From an uncultured Oscillospiraceae bacterium (GTDB lineage: Bacteria; Bacillota; Clostridia; Oscillospirales; Oscillospiraceae): DNA of 64,000 bases. Shown one piece after another: positions 27,109 to 37,447 of the stretch (the stretch's first letter is position 1; every line of letters starts with the position of its first letter). The DNA lies in NCBI GenBank assembly GCA_964435375.1, contig CAYSYK010000004.1, positions 3,954-67,953 on the forward strand, read 5' to 3'. The translations under genes and the position numbers were made by a program. A model generated the notes under the pieces. It was not told where the DNA came from and searched no databases. It was given only the letters and a program-made list of their open reading frames with translations.

Positions 27109-29157
27109 TTAATTCAATGCGCCGTTCATCGTGCGGAACAGCGTTGCAATGCGGCCGCGCAGCGCCTTTGCCTGCGGCGTGTCGGACGTGCCGAGCGTTT
27201 CGATCCAGCGCACGGAGGCCGCCTGCGCGTCTTTAAGCGTTTGCAGGTCACAGTTCAGGTTGGCCACGCGGAATACGGGCAATCCCGATTGCCGTGCGCC
27301 GAAGAAATCGCCGGGGCCGCGCAAGCGCAGATCTTCCTCCGCAATGCGGAAGCCGTCATTCGTCTTGCAGAATGCTTTGAGTCGCTGTAAGGTTTCCGGC
27401 GAGCGATTGTGCGTGGTTAAAATGCAATAGCTTTTCGCATGGCCGCGGCCGACGCGCCCGCGCAACTGATGAAGCTGCGACAGGCCGAATCGGTCGGCGT
27501 CTTCTATGACCATCAGTGTCGCATTGGGCACGTCCACGCCGACCTCGATGACGGTGGTCGCAACCAGGATGTCACTTTCCGCGCGCGCAAACGCCGTCAT
27601 GATGCTTTCTTTTTCCGCGCCTTTCATCCGCCCGTGCAGCAGGGAAACACGCAGGTCGGGGAAGACGGAATTTTGCAAGGTTTCCGCCCAAAGCTGTGCG
27701 GATTTGATGTTCAGCTCCTCGTTCTCCTCCACGGCTGGGCACACCACAAACACCTGATGCCCCTCCTGCGCCTGTTTTCGGATGAACGCGTTGATGCGCG
27801 GGCGGTAGCTTTCCGTCAGCAGGAAGGTGTCCACGCTCTGCCGTCCCGGCGGCAATTCGTCGAGAATCGACACATTCAGATCGCCGTACATGATCAGCGC
27901 CAGCGTGCGCGGGATGGGCGTCGCCGACATGACCAGCAGGTGCGGCTCGTTGCCCTTCGTACTCAGACGCGCGCGCTGTGCCACGCCGAAACGGTGCTGT
28001 TCGTCGGCGATCACGAGCCGCAGGTCGGCAAAGACTGTGCTGTCCGTGATCAGCGCGTGCGTTCCGACGACCAAATCCAATTCTCCCGCCGCGATGGCGG
28101 CACGCACCGCCTTTTTTTCGCTCTCTTTCATCGAACCGGTCAGTAGTCCGACGCGCATCCCCAGCGGCGAGAGGAGAGCTCCCAGCGAGGCATTATGCTG
28201 TTCGGCCAAAATTTCCGTCGGCACCATCAGTGCCGTCTGGTGGCCGTTTTGCGCGCACAGATAGGCCGCGGCGGCGGCGACCATTGTCTTTCCGCTGCCC
28301 ACGTCGCCCTGCACGAGCCGATTCATCGGCGTGCCGCTGCAAAAATCGACACGAATTTCCTCGATGGCGCGCAGTTGCGCGCCCGTCAGGCGGAACGGCA
28401 GGGCATCGAGGAAGGGCTTTGTCCGTGTGTTTCCAAACGGCGGGCACTTTTTCTCGGTCTGCGCCGCGCGAATGAGGGAAAGTCCCGCGGAAAATACGAA
28501 AAATTCCTCAAAAATCATCCGTTTTCGCGCCTGTTCCGCCTCCTGCACGGAACGCGGCTGATGGATGGCGAAATACGCTCTTTGCGCGGGAAGAATATCG
28601 TATTCCCGGCATATCTCCTCGGGGATGATTTCCTCCGGCATCGGGCACAGTGCCAGTGCCTGCGCAACCGCTTTCACCACGGAGGCATTGGACAGCCCCG
28701 CCGTCAGCGGATAGATCGGCAAAACGCGGCGGGTCGTAACGGGCGGCGCGTCAAGCGCCTCGAATGCGGGAGAGGTCATGCCGTAGCCGCCGAAATCGCC
28801 CGACAGGCTCCCGTAAAAAATATATTCTTTTCCGTATTGCAGTTGCCCGGTCGTAAATTTCTGGTTGAAAAACGTCAGATTCAGGCGAGCGGTATGGTCA
28901 GCGACCTGCACCTTCGTAATGTCCAGCCCTTTGCGCACGTGCGCCGTGCGCGGCGTGTTCATCACCATGGCGCGGAAACACGCGGGTTTGTCCGCCTCCA
29001 ACTGCGCAATGGTCACCAGCCGCGTGCGATCTTCGTAATCGCGCGGGAAATGGCAGATCAGGTCGCCCAACGTGCGAATATTCAGTTCGGCAAACTGCGC
29101 CGCTTTGGTCGGCCCGATGCCCTTGAGCATCGTGATCGGGTCGGAAAGGTTTGCCAT
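27109..29157 (-). CDS. recG: ATP-dependent DNA helicase RecG
   Basis: QGDVGSGKT, DEQHRFG, MSATPIPRT, SQLHQLRGRVGRG and RGPGDFFGARQSG. Start moved to ATG 29157. Confidence 0.97.
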   Translation of the reverse strand: MANLSDPITMLKGIGPTKAAQFAELNIRTLGDLICHFPRDYEDRTRLVTIAQLEADKPACFRAMVMNTPRTAHVRKGLDITKVQVADHTARLNLTFFNQKFTTGQLQYGKEYIFYGSLSGDFGGYGMTSPAFEALDAPPVTTRRVLPIYPLTAGLSNASVVKAVAQALALCPMPEEIIPEEICREYDILPAQRAYFAIHQPRSVQEAEQARKRMIFEEFFVFSAGLSLIRAAQTEKKCPPFGNTRTKPFLDALPFRLTGAQLRAIEEIRVDFCSGTPMNRLVQGDVGSGKTMVAAAAAYLCAQNGHQTALMVPTEILAEQHNASLGALLSPLGMRVGLLTGSMKESEKKAVRAAIAAGELDLVVGTHALITDSTVFADLRLVIADEQHRFGVAQRARLSTKGNEPHLLVMSATPIPRTLALIMYGDLNVSILDELPPGRQSVDTFLLTESYRPRINAFIRKQAQEGHQVFVVCPAVEENEELNIKSAQLWAETLQNSVFPDLRVSLLHGRMKGAEKESIMTAFARAESDILVATTVIEVGVDVPNATLMVIEDADRFGLSQLHQLRGRVGRGHAKSYCILTTHNRSPETLQRLKAFCKTNDGFRIAEEDLRLRGPGDFFGARQSGLPVFRVANLNCDLQTLKDAQAASVRWIETLGTSDTPQAKALRGRIATLFRTMNGALN

Positions 29158-29180
29158 ATCGGTTTCCCCCGTTTTTGAAT

Positions 29181-30521
29181 TTAGCATCCGATGTCGTCCG
29201 CATTGCCCGCGGAGGCATCCGGCAAAAAGGCAAGCAGTGCCTGCCGTTCGTTTTCCACACGCTCATCCAGAACGGCGTTGAGCAGCGTTTGCAGCGCCTT
29301 GCCGATCTGTCCGCCATGATAGCCCAGTGCCATCAGATCGTGCCCGTCGACGGCGAGGTCGCGGATGTGCAGGCAGGCATTTTCGGCCTGAATTTCCTCC
29401 GACAGGGCACGCAACTGCGCAAACGCGGGCGTTTGCGTGGCCGTACCCGTGCCGCCCATGTCCGCCTCCTGCAACGTCAGAAGCTGTGCAAAGGCCTCCG
29501 CGCCCATGCGGCTGAGCCAGCGGCGCACCGCCTTTTTGCTCGGCGGGATCTGCGCCATGTGGTTTTCCACCAACCGCACGACCTCGGTGCGCAGGGCATT
29601 CGGCGCTTTCAGCCGCCGCAGGGCGACATTCGCCAGCTCCGCACTTTTCTCGGCGTGGCCGTAAAAATGCCCAACGCCGTTTTCATCCGTCGTAAAACAG
29701 GCAGGTTTTCCGATGTCGTGCAGCAGCGCCGCCAAGCGCACGGAAAGCACCGGCGGCACGGCGGCCACCACGTGCGCCGTGTGGACGTACACGTCATAAA
29801 TATGGTGGAGATTGTGCTGCTCAAATCCGACGCACGGCGCAAGCTCGGGAATTATCTGCGATAAAATCGGCGCAAACAGGCACAGATCGTCCGCATTCAC
29901 GCAAACGATTAGTTTACATAACTCATCAAATACACGTTCCCGCGCCAGCAGATTCAGCTCCGGCGTCAAAGAAAACATCGCCTGCAATGTTTTTTCTTCC
30001 ACGCGCAGTCCGTATCGGACGGAAAACCGCACGCCGCGCACGATGCGCAGGGCATCTTCCGCAAATCGTTCCTCCGCCGCGCCGACCGTGCGCAAAATAC
30101 CGTTTTCCATATCCGCGCGGCCGCCGAACGGGTCGGCAAATCCGCGCGTCGGAGAATAGGCCATGGCATTGATCGTGAAATCGCGCCGCGCCAGATCTTT
30201 CTCGATTTCGTCCACAAATTCGACCCGATCGGGATGTCGGCTGTCGCTGTATGTGCTTTCCGTGCGGAATGTCGTGATCTCGTAGATCTCCCCGTCGGGG
30301 AAAACGATGCCGACCGTGCCGTGCTTTTCTCCGGCGCGAACCTGCGGATATTCGCAAAACAATTCCTCGATCTGCGCAGGCTTGGCCGAGGTGCACAGGT
30401 CGTAATCATGCGGCGTCAGGCCGAGCTGCGCATCGCGCACGCATCCGCCGACGGCATAGCAGGGAAATCCCGCCTGCTCCAACCGCGCGATGCACAATTT
30501 TGCATTTTCCGGCAAAAACAC
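29181..30521 (-). CDS. cca: CCA tRNA nucleotidyltransferase with HD domain
   Basis: VGGCVRD, DYD, DLARRDFTINAM, EDALRI, ERV and LLHDIGK motifs. Confidence 0.88.
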   Translation of the reverse strand: MFLPENAKLCIARLEQAGFPCYAVGGCVRDAQLGLTPHDYDLCTSAKPAQIEELFCEYPQVRAGEKHGTVGIVFPDGEIYEITTFRTESTYSDSRHPDRVEFVDEIEKDLARRDFTINAMAYSPTRGFADPFGGRADMENGILRTVGAAEERFAEDALRIVRGVRFSVRYGLRVEEKTLQAMFSLTPELNLLARERVFDELCKLIVCVNADDLCLFAPILSQIIPELAPCVGFEQHNLHHIYDVYVHTAHVVAAVPPVLSVRLAALLHDIGKPACFTTDENGVGHFYGHAEKSAELANVALRRLKAPNALRTEVVRLVENHMAQIPPSKKAVRRWLSRMGAEAFAQLLTLQEADMGGTGTATQTPAFAQLRALSEEIQAENACLHIRDLAVDGHDLMALGYHGGQIGKALQTLLNAVLDERVENERQALLAFLPDASAGNADDIGC

Positions 30522-30539
30522 GAGATTTCCCCCTTTTTC

Positions 30540-31301
30540 CTACAAATTTTCCGACTCGATTGTTTCGATTTCCTCGGTTTCTTCCTCATTTTCCTCGGGT
30601 GCAGGCTCCTGCGGGGCAGGGAGAAACTCCGTCTCAAACGGCCCGGCCAGTATCCAGATGCCGACCCACAGGTACATCCAGTGCGCACCCGGTGCGGCGG
30701 CAATGCACGCAAATCCGGCAAGCATCTTCCAGAATTTTCTCAGTCGCGGTCTGTCCATGCCCACGGCCTGCCCCCAATTGCGATACAGCGCCAGCGCCGC
30801 AACGGTCACGGCCAGCGCCTGCGGCAGGAAGCGGATCGTTTCCGGCTCGCCGCGATAGCGCAAAATGATCTGGAACAGCAGTGCCATCAGATACACGCAC
30901 GGCAAAAGATAGCACACGGCTCTCGCACGCCGCCGCAGTGCAAAATCCAGCGGCAGGAGCACGAGCGCGGCGCAAATGCCCGCAAAAAAGAACACTTTGT
31001 CCACCGTTTCGCCGTCGCGCGCCAGAGAAAAAGCGTAAAACACGATGCCCAGTGCCGCCGCAATTTGCAAAACCGCGGTCACACTGTCGTTTTTCGGCGT
31101 TTCGGGCACGTCATCGGCCTTGCGCGCCAGCAGGAAAAACACGGCCGCGGCGATCGGCCACAAAATCAGATAGCCGATCCATCCCGGATGCGCGGCGGGG
31201 TACAGTCCCTTGTCGTCCACGCCGACCGACAGCGTCCAATACCGCAGCAGCGCGCCGACCACGCCGAACGCGGCGGCCGCCCACAGACTCCGTTTTTTCA
31301 T
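30540..31301 (-). CDS. Hypothetical integral membrane protein
   Basis: About seven hydrophobic segments, acidic C-tail, GAGGT RBS, operonic spacing. Confidence 0.7.
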   Translation of the reverse strand: MKKRSLWAAAAFGVVGALLRYWTLSVGVDDKGLYPAAHPGWIGYLILWPIAAAVFFLLARKADDVPETPKNDSVTAVLQIAAALGIVFYAFSLARDGETVDKVFFFAGICAALVLLPLDFALRRRARAVCYLLPCVYLMALLFQIILRYRGEPETIRFLPQALAVTVAALALYRNWGQAVGMDRPRLRKFWKMLAGFACIAAAPGAHWMYLWVGIWILAGPFETEFLPAPQEPAPEENEEETEEIETIESENL

Positions 31302-31310
31302 AGCATAACC

Positions 31311-32033
31311 TCATTTCAGGTAAGAAATCAGCATACAAATTCCCGCCAGAATCGGCTGATGTCCCATGTATATCCACAAAGACTGCCGTCCGCAGAAGGA
31401 AAAGAAGCGAATGATCGGATTTCTCTCGTTGACCTTGGGCATCAGGCTTTCTTTTTTTGCATAGGTATAGCGTCCGATGACCGCGCCGATCAGGAAATAT
31501 CCCAGATTCGGCATCAGGGGAAAGTAGTCGCCGCCGGCGGACAGGCCGACGTTGCGCAGTCCCAAGAACATCCAGTAGGGCACATCGACGGGATAAATCT
31601 CTTTCAGGTTCAGGTACAGCCCCGCCGCCGCAAGCAGCACGCCCGCGCACAGCAAAACAGGGGAGGGCAGCTTGCGCAGCAGTGCCCACAGCAGCATGCA
31701 CAGTCCCAGACAGTGCAGAACGCCGAAATAGATGATCGTGCCCTTGCTCAGAAATCCGAACCGATACATCCCGTACGTCACCAGTGAGATCAGCAGGCCG
31801 CAGCCGAATACGATCGCGCCGCGCTTGACATGGTGGTGTCCCAGCGTGACGCAGATGCCCGACAGTACGATGAACAAAATGCCGCCGTAGCTCTGGACGA
31901 CGGAAAACCACGTCGGATACGTCCAGTCCACCAGCCGATACAGGTACACGAGGTCGTACACGAAATGCACGGCGATCATGCCCAGTATGCAAATTCCGCG
32001 GAATGCATCAAGCTCCCAAATTCTTTTTTTCAT
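31311..32033 (-). CDS. DUF1624 / heparan-alpha-glucosaminide N-acetyltransferase-like membrane protein
   Basis: RIWELDAFRGICILGMIAVH, GVLHCLG and SLWIYMGHQP. Start moved to 32033 (ATGA overlap). Confidence 0.8.
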   Translation of the reverse strand: MKKRIWELDAFRGICILGMIAVHFVYDLVYLYRLVDWTYPTWFSVVQSYGGILFIVLSGICVTLGHHHVKRGAIVFGCGLLISLVTYGMYRFGFLSKGTIIYFGVLHCLGLCMLLWALLRKLPSPVLLCAGVLLAAAGLYLNLKEIYPVDVPYWMFLGLRNVGLSAGGDYFPLMPNLGYFLIGAVIGRYTYAKKESLMPKVNERNPIIRFFSFCGRQSLWIYMGHQPILAGICMLISYLK

Positions 32034-33748
32034 GATTTTGCTTCCTTTTCCGCTTCCTCTTCCAGCACGCGGTACGCCACCTTGCCGACCAGCGTCTTGG
32101 GTAGCTCCGTACGGAAGATCATTTCTTTGGGAAGGGCGTATTTTGCGATATTTTCCCGACAGTAGTCCATCAGCTCCCGCTTCAGCGCGTCCGACGCTTC
32201 GATGCCCGGCATGGGCACGACATAGGCGCGAATGCGGCGGCCGCGATAATCGTCCGGCACGCCGATGATGCACGAAAGCAGCACTTTTTCATGGCGGTCG
32301 ATGATGTTTTCGAGTTGCGAGGGATAAATATTGTAGCCCGAGGAAATGATCAGCCGCTTCATCCGCTGACGGAAATAGACGAATCCGTCTGCGTCCATAT
32401 AGCCGAGGTCGCCGCTGTGCAGCCAGAGTTTTCCGTCGGCGTGCCGTTTCAGTGTGGCGGCGGTTTCTTCGGGGTTGTCCATATAGCCCAGCATCACGGT
32501 CGGGCCGCTGACGCAGATCTCGCCCTCTTCCATGGGCGGTACTTCTTCGGTCGTTCCGGGAGCGACGATTTTATAGAACGTGTCCGGGAACGGAACGCCG
32601 ATGGAATTTTCGCGCGCATAGGACTTCGGGGTCAGGCACGAGGCGGTGACGCACTCGGTCGTGCCGTAGCCCTCGCGAATCTGCTCGGCGCAGTTGTGCG
32701 CCTTTAAGAACGCGTCTACCTTCTTTTTCAGCTCGGGCGACAGGCTGTCGCCGCCGCAGAAAATGCCTTTCAGGAAGCTCATGTCGGTTTTTTCCAGCCC
32801 CTGCGTGCGCAGCAGTGCCTCAAACAGCGTCGGAACGCCGGGAATGAAATCGGGTTTCTGCTTTTTCAGAATGTCGGCATAGGTCTTGACGGAAAACTGC
32901 GGCACCAGAATGCATTGCGCGCCGCCGATGAGCGCCGTGTGGATGCCGATGCCGAGGCCGAAGCCGTGGAAAACGGGCATGATCGACAGCATTTTCATCC
33001 CCGCGATGCACGGATAGCCGGATGCGGCAATGGTCTGCAAGCCCAACGCGTTGAAATTCCGATTGGAGAGCATGATGCCCTTGTTCGTCCCGGTCGTGCC
33101 GCCGGAATAGAGGATGGCACCGCAGTCGTCGGCCTTGCCGATGTCGGCAGGCAGTTGCGCAACCGTCGCGCCCGCGGCCACGACGTCGCGCCACAGGAGA
33201 TAGTCGCGTTTTTCTTTCGGCAGGGAACAGCGCCCCGCTTTCGTGTGCGGATAGAGCACGTTCAGCGGAAAGGGCAGCTCCTCGGCGATTTTTGCGACAA
33301 AAATCTGCACCGGGTGGTCGACCTCCGACAAAATACCGGAAACTTTTTCGTAAAATCCGTCAAGCGTCAAAATCGCCTTGCTGTGCGACACATTCAGATA
33401 AAACGCGATTTCCTTGGCCGCCGACAGGGGATGGATCATATTGGGGATCGCGCCGATGCGATTGAGCGCATAGAAGCAGTGCAGCGTCTGCGGGCAGTTT
33501 GGCATGCAGAGCGTCACACGGTCGCCACGCGTGATGCCCATGGCCAGCAGGCCCTTGGCAGCGCGGTCGATATGCCGCAAAAAACGGGCAAAGGTCGTTT
33601 TCTTGCCCATGAAGCCATAGGCAATATTGTCGGGATATTTTTTTGCGGTATCCGCCAGAAGCTGATACATCGTCTTTTCGGGGTAGTTCAGGGTGGCGGG
33701 GGTATTGCCGTAAAATGCCAGCCACGGCGCAGATGCGGACAGTGTCAT
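32030..33748 (-). CDS. Long-chain acyl-CoA synthetase (AMP-binding)
   Basis: YSGGTTGTNKG, EGYGTTE, WLHSGDLG and terminal VGKV. Confidence 0.9.
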   Translation of the reverse strand: MTLSASAPWLAFYGNTPATLNYPEKTMYQLLADTAKKYPDNIAYGFMGKKTTFARFLRHIDRAAKGLLAMGITRGDRVTLCMPNCPQTLHCFYALNRIGAIPNMIHPLSAAKEIAFYLNVSHSKAILTLDGFYEKVSGILSEVDHPVQIFVAKIAEELPFPLNVLYPHTKAGRCSLPKEKRDYLLWRDVVAAGATVAQLPADIGKADDCGAILYSGGTTGTNKGIMLSNRNFNALGLQTIAASGYPCIAGMKMLSIMPVFHGFGLGIGIHTALIGGAQCILVPQFSVKTYADILKKQKPDFIPGVPTLFEALLRTQGLEKTDMSFLKGIFCGGDSLSPELKKKVDAFLKAHNCAEQIREGYGTTECVTASCLTPKSYARENSIGVPFPDTFYKIVAPGTTEEVPPMEEGEICVSGPTVMLGYMDNPEETAATLKRHADGKLWLHSGDLGYMDADGFVYFRQRMKRLIISSGYNIYPSQLENIIDRHEKVLLSCIIGVPDDYRGRRIRAYVVPMPGIEASDALKRELMDYCRENIAKYALPKEMIFRTELPKTLVGKVAYRVLEEEAEKEAKS

Positions 33749-33867
33749 AAAGGTGAATCCTTTCGGGAAAAATCGAATTTGGTAAATTTTCTCTCATACA
33801 GTATACCATATCCGACGCACGGATTTCCACCCTTTTGTTAAAAAAATCCGTTTTTGGAAAATAGTTA

Positions 33868-33896
33868 TTGTTTCCTGTGGCAAAATCGCGTATACT
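33868..33896 (+). promoter_or_regulatory. sigma-A promoter of the plsC-like gene
   Basis: TTGTTT-17-TATACT. Confidence 0.55.
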
Positions 33897-33931
33897 GTAT
33901 GCAGAGATTTTGTCTTTTCGGAGGTTTTCGT

Positions 33932-34762
33932 ATGATACTCGGCATTGTCACCGCATTCGCGGCGGGTGCGGACGCACTGTTTTATTTTCTGGTGCAGCCC
34001 CATCCGCTGCTGCTGCTCCCGCTTTTTGCGGGATTCTGGCTGGTCGGGCTTTTGCTGGCCGTCGGATTTTTGGCATGGATGGCCTCGCTGGTGGATCCAT
34101 CCGTCGCGCAGGAGCACGACAGCCGGTTTTATCGTGCAATGGCCACGGCGTACATCCGCGCCATTGTCACGCTCTGCCGCGTCCGCGTTCGGCGCGTCGG
34201 CATGGAGCAGCTTTCATCGCTTCCGCAGGGTAGCCGCTATTTGCTCGTGTGCAACCACGTCTGCATCGCCGACCCCGTCGTTTTGCTGCATTGTTTCCCG
34301 AAGTCTCAGCTTGCGTTCATTTCCAAGAAAGAAAACGGCACCATGCCCATCGTCAGCGGCGTCATGCATCGGCTGCAATGCCAACTGATCGACCGCGAAA
34401 ACGACCGCGCCGCACTGAAAACCATCATCCGGTGCATCCAGATTCTGAAAGACAACAAAGCCTCCGTCGCCGTTTTCCCGGAGGGCTACTGCTCCAAAGA
34501 CGGCCTGCTGCACCACTTCCGTTCGGGCGTTTTCCGCATCGCGCAGAAGGCGGACGTGCCCATCGTCGTGTGCACCGTGCACAATACCGCCACCATTCTC
34601 CCCAACATTCGCGCCCTGCGCGGCAGCCGCGTGGAAATGCACCTTGTCGGCATTGTCCGCCCCGAGGAATTTCACGGCGAGACCACCGTCGAGCTTTCCG
34701 AACGCGTCTATCGGATGATGGCCGACGATCTGGGCAGTGAACTTGTCTACCACGGGGAATAA
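33932..34762 (+). CDS. plsC: 1-acyl-sn-glycerol-3-phosphate acyltransferase family protein
   Basis: NHVCIAD (HX4D) and FPEG motifs. Start moved to ATG 33932 after GGAGGT. Confidence 0.8.
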   Translation: MILGIVTAFAAGADALFYFLVQPHPLLLLPLFAGFWLVGLLLAVGFLAWMASLVDPSVAQEHDSRFYRAMATAYIRAIVTLCRVRVRRVGMEQLSSLPQGSRYLLVCNHVCIADPVVLLHCFPKSQLAFISKKENGTMPIVSGVMHRLQCQLIDRENDRAALKTIIRCIQILKDNKASVAVFPEGYCSKDGLLHHFRSGVFRIAQKADVPIVVCTVHNTATILPNIRALRGSRVEMHLVGIVRPEEFHGETTVELSERVYRMMADDLGSELVYHGE

Positions 34763-34771
34763 AATCTCCCC

Positions 34772-34800
34772 TTGATTTGTGACGAAAACCTTTGTATAAT
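34772..34800 (+). promoter_or_regulatory. sigma-A promoter of glyQS
   Basis: TTGATT-17-TATAAT; leader to ATG is only ~40 nt. Confidence 0.7.
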
Positions 34801-34842
34801 GAATTTCAAGCGGAATTATTTCCTTATGTTGGAGGATGCAAT

Positions 34843-36270
34843 ATGAAAAACAGCGAAAAAACACTCGATATGATCGTCAATCTCTGCAAAAGCAGAGGCT
34901 ATGTCTATCCCGGCTCCGAAATTTACGGTGGCTTGGCAAACTCGTGGGATTTCGGCCCTCTGGGTGTGGAATTTAAGAACAACGTCAAAAAGGCATGGCT
35001 GAAAAAATTCGTGCAGGAATCGGATTACAATGTCGGTCTGGACTCCGCGATTCTGATGAATCCGCAGACTTGGATCACCACCGGCCACGTCGGCAGTTTT
35101 TCAGACCCCTTGGTCGATTGCAAGGGCTGCGGCTCGCGCCAGCGCGCCGACCAGCTCATTTCCGCATCCGACAGCGGAAAATCCGTGAACGTCGATGCCA
35201 TGAGCTTTGAGGAAATGGATGCCTACATCGCCGCGCACGAAGATGTCGTCTGCCCCAACTGCGGCAAGCATCATTTCACCGCCATCCGCAAATTCAATCT
35301 CATGTTCAAGACGCAGATCGGTGTCACCGAGGACACCGCCTCCACCGTCTATCTTCGCCCGGAGACCGCGCAGGGCATTTTCGTCAACTTTGCGAACATC
35401 CAGCGCACCACCCGCAAAAAGCTGCCGTTCGGCGTCTGTCAGGTCGGCAAATCGTTCCGCAACGAGATCACGCCCGGCAACTTCATTTTCCGCATCCGCG
35501 AATTTGAGCAGATGGAATGCGAATTTTTCTGCCAGCCCGGCACCGATCTGGAATGGTTCGCCTATTGGAAAGATTTCTGCAAAAACTGGCTTATCAGCCT
35601 CGGCATCAAGGAAGACTCCCTGCGCCTGCGCGACCATGACCCGGCGGAGCTCGCCTTCTATTCCCGCGCCACCACCGACATCGAGTATCAGTTCCCGTTC
35701 GGCAACGGATGGGGCGAGCTGTGGGGCATTGCCGACCGCACCGATTATGACCTCGGCCGCCATCAGGAAGCCTCCGGCAAGAGTCTGGAATATTTCGATC
35801 AGGAAAAGGGCGAGCACTACATCCCCTACGTCATCGAGCCGTCGCTCGGCTGTGACCGTGTCGCGCTGGCATTCCTGTGCGAGGCGTACGACGAAGAGGT
35901 GATCGGGCAGGACAAAAACGGCAAGGACGATGTGCGCACCGTTTTGCATCTGCATCCCGCGCTTGCGCCGTTCAAGGCGGCCGTCCTCCCGCTGTCGAAG
36001 AAGCTCTCGCCCAAGGCCGAGGAAATTTACCGCGATCTGCGCAAGGATTTCATGATCGACTTTGACGACACCGGTTCGATCGGCAAGCGTTACCGCCGTG
36101 AGGACGAAATCGGCACGCCGCTTTGCATCACGGTCGATTTCCAGACCGTCGGCGACGAAAACACCCCCGCCGACAATTGTGTCACCGTGCGCGACCGTGA
36201 CACCATGGAGCAGGTGCGCATCCCGATTTCGGAGCTGAAAGCCTATATCGCCGCCAAATGCGAATTCTGA
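34843..36270 (+). CDS. glyQS: Glycine--tRNA ligase (homodimeric type)
   Basis: [29 protein letters not shown] and IEPSLGCDR. Start moved to 34843 after GGAGG. Confidence 0.95.
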   Translation: MKNSEKTLDMIVNLCKSRGYVYPGSEIYGGLANSWDFGPLGVEFKNNVKKAWLKKFVQESDYNVGLDSAILMNPQTWITTGHVGSFSDPLVDCKGCGSRQRADQLISASDSGKSVNVDAMSFEEMDAYIAAHEDVVCPNCGKHHFTAIRKFNLMFKTQIGVTEDTASTVYLRPETAQGIFVNFANIQRTTRKKLPFGVCQVGKSFRNEITPGNFIFRIREFEQMECEFFCQPGTDLEWFAYWKDFCKNWLISLGIKEDSLRLRDHDPAELAFYSRATTDIEYQFPFGNGWGELWGIADRTDYDLGRHQEASGKSLEYFDQEKGEHYIPYVIEPSLGCDRVALAFLCEAYDEEVIGQDKNGKDDVRTVLHLHPALAPFKAAVLPLSKKLSPKAEEIYRDLRKDFMIDFDDTGSIGKRYRREDEIGTPLCITVDFQTVGDENTPADNCVTVRDRDTMEQVRIPISELKAYIAAKCEF

Positions 36271-36280
36271 TTGCATTTCT

Positions 36281-36309
36281 CCCCGCCGAGATTTTCTCGG
36301 CGGGGTTTT
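36281..36309 (+). terminator. Intrinsic terminator after glyQS
   Basis: CCCCGCCGAGA-TTT-TCTCGGCGGGG followed by TTTT. Confidence 0.85.
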
Positions 36310-36354
36310 CGTTTGCAAAACGCACCGTGAAATGTGTAAAATTACCGCCGTTCT

Positions 36355-36421
36355 CTGTAGGGGCGATCATCGATCGCCCGCTTGCTCCGCACTACCCGCT
36401 ATGTCATCCCGAGCAAGCAAA
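36355..36421 (+). repeat. REP-like intergenic element, copy 1
   Basis: CTGTAG + GGGCGATC-ATC-GATCGCCC hairpin + CCGCACTACCCGCTATGTCATCCCGAGCAAGCAA; homologous to 43777-43843. Confidence 0.8.
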
Positions 36422-36475
36422 CGACGAAGGTAGTAGGTGTGGCACACGATAATTCTTAATCTTTTCTTAACACTA

Positions 36476-36504
36476 TTGACTTTTCTGCCTTTTCGGGGTA
36501 TAAA
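36476..36504 (+). promoter_or_regulatory. sigma-A promoter
   Basis: TTGACT-17-TATAAA. Confidence 0.65.
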
Positions 36505-36549
36505 GTCATGGCTAAGCGGAATTTCCGCAGAAAGAGAGGTTCCTGCGCA

Positions 36550-37299
36550 ATGGTATGGGGTCCCGCCTTCGGCACGGTGCATTTGCTCACGCTGGCTGCC
36601 GCCGTGCTCATCATTCTGGCGCTGTATTTTCTTCTGAGAAAAGCCACTGTTCGGCTTCAGATCCTTGTTCTGGGCGCGCTTTCCTTTGCCGGAATTGCCG
36701 CCATTATTTTTAATCTGACCGTATGCTCCCGCTGGGGGCAATCTCCGATCGAATATCTGCCGCTGCATCTTTGCTCGGTCAATGCCATTTTGCTGCCCAT
36801 TGCCGTGTTCTCGCGCAGTAAGGTCGTCGGCAATATGCTGCTTCTGTGGAGCTTGGGCGCGCTGTTCGCGCTGCTGTGCAACCGCCCGGATTACGAGCTG
36901 ATGAGCGACGTTTTCTTCTTCTACTATTTCCCGCACGTGTTGGAGTTCGGCATTCCCATCCTGCTGTTCTCGCTTGGTCTGATCAAGAAAGATGCCGGGT
37001 GCATTTTCTCCACGCTGGCGCTGACGCTCCTGATCTATCTCTTCGTGCACCAGTGCAATGTCTTTATCAATTCCATGGATCTGATCAATCCGGACGGTGA
37101 GCAGATCGAGGTCAATTATATGTACTCCCTGATTCCCGAGGTCTCCCTGCTGGAAGTTTTCTGGAAGATTGTGCCGCACCGTTTCTGGTATATGCTCGTC
37201 ATCTTCCCGCCGGTGGCCGCGTATCTGCTCGTGCTCTATATTCCGCAGATCACGAAAAAGCTGCATCGGCACGAAAAGTTCCGTCACAAATCCGTCTAG
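36550..37299 (+). CDS. YwaF-like integral membrane protein
   Basis: YLPLHLC, FFFYYFPH and VNYMY motifs with multiple TM segments. Start placed at ATG 36550 after AGAGGT. Confidence 0.75.
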   Translation: MVWGPAFGTVHLLTLAAAVLIILALYFLLRKATVRLQILVLGALSFAGIAAIIFNLTVCSRWGQSPIEYLPLHLCSVNAILLPIAVFSRSKVVGNMLLLWSLGALFALLCNRPDYELMSDVFFFYYFPHVLEFGIPILLFSLGLIKKDAGCIFSTLALTLLIYLFVHQCNVFINSMDLINPDGEQIEVNYMYSLIPEVSLLEVFWKIVPHRFWYMLVIFPPVAAYLLVLYIPQITKKLHRHEKFRHKSV

Positions 37300-37307
37300 A
37301 AAAACGC

Positions 37308-37348
37308 ATTCCCGAAATCCGCACATATGCGGATTTCGGGAATTTTTC
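37308..37348 (+). terminator. Intrinsic terminator
   Basis: Perfect 16-bp stem ATTCCCGAAATCCGCA-CATA-TGCGGATTTCGGGAAT followed by TTTT. Confidence 0.85.
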
Positions 37349-37360
37349 CTGCGGTTTTTC

Positions 37361-37389
37361 TTGACCTGCCCCGCCGCGTGTGATATATT
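37361..37389 (+). promoter_or_regulatory. sigma-A promoter of yitT-like/guaB
   Basis: TTGACC-17-TATATT with extended TG. Confidence 0.65.
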
Positions 37390-37447
37390 AAAATGTGGTG
37401 TGCCAAACGAAGCCACCCGAACTACCTACATACCCAAAGGAATGCAC

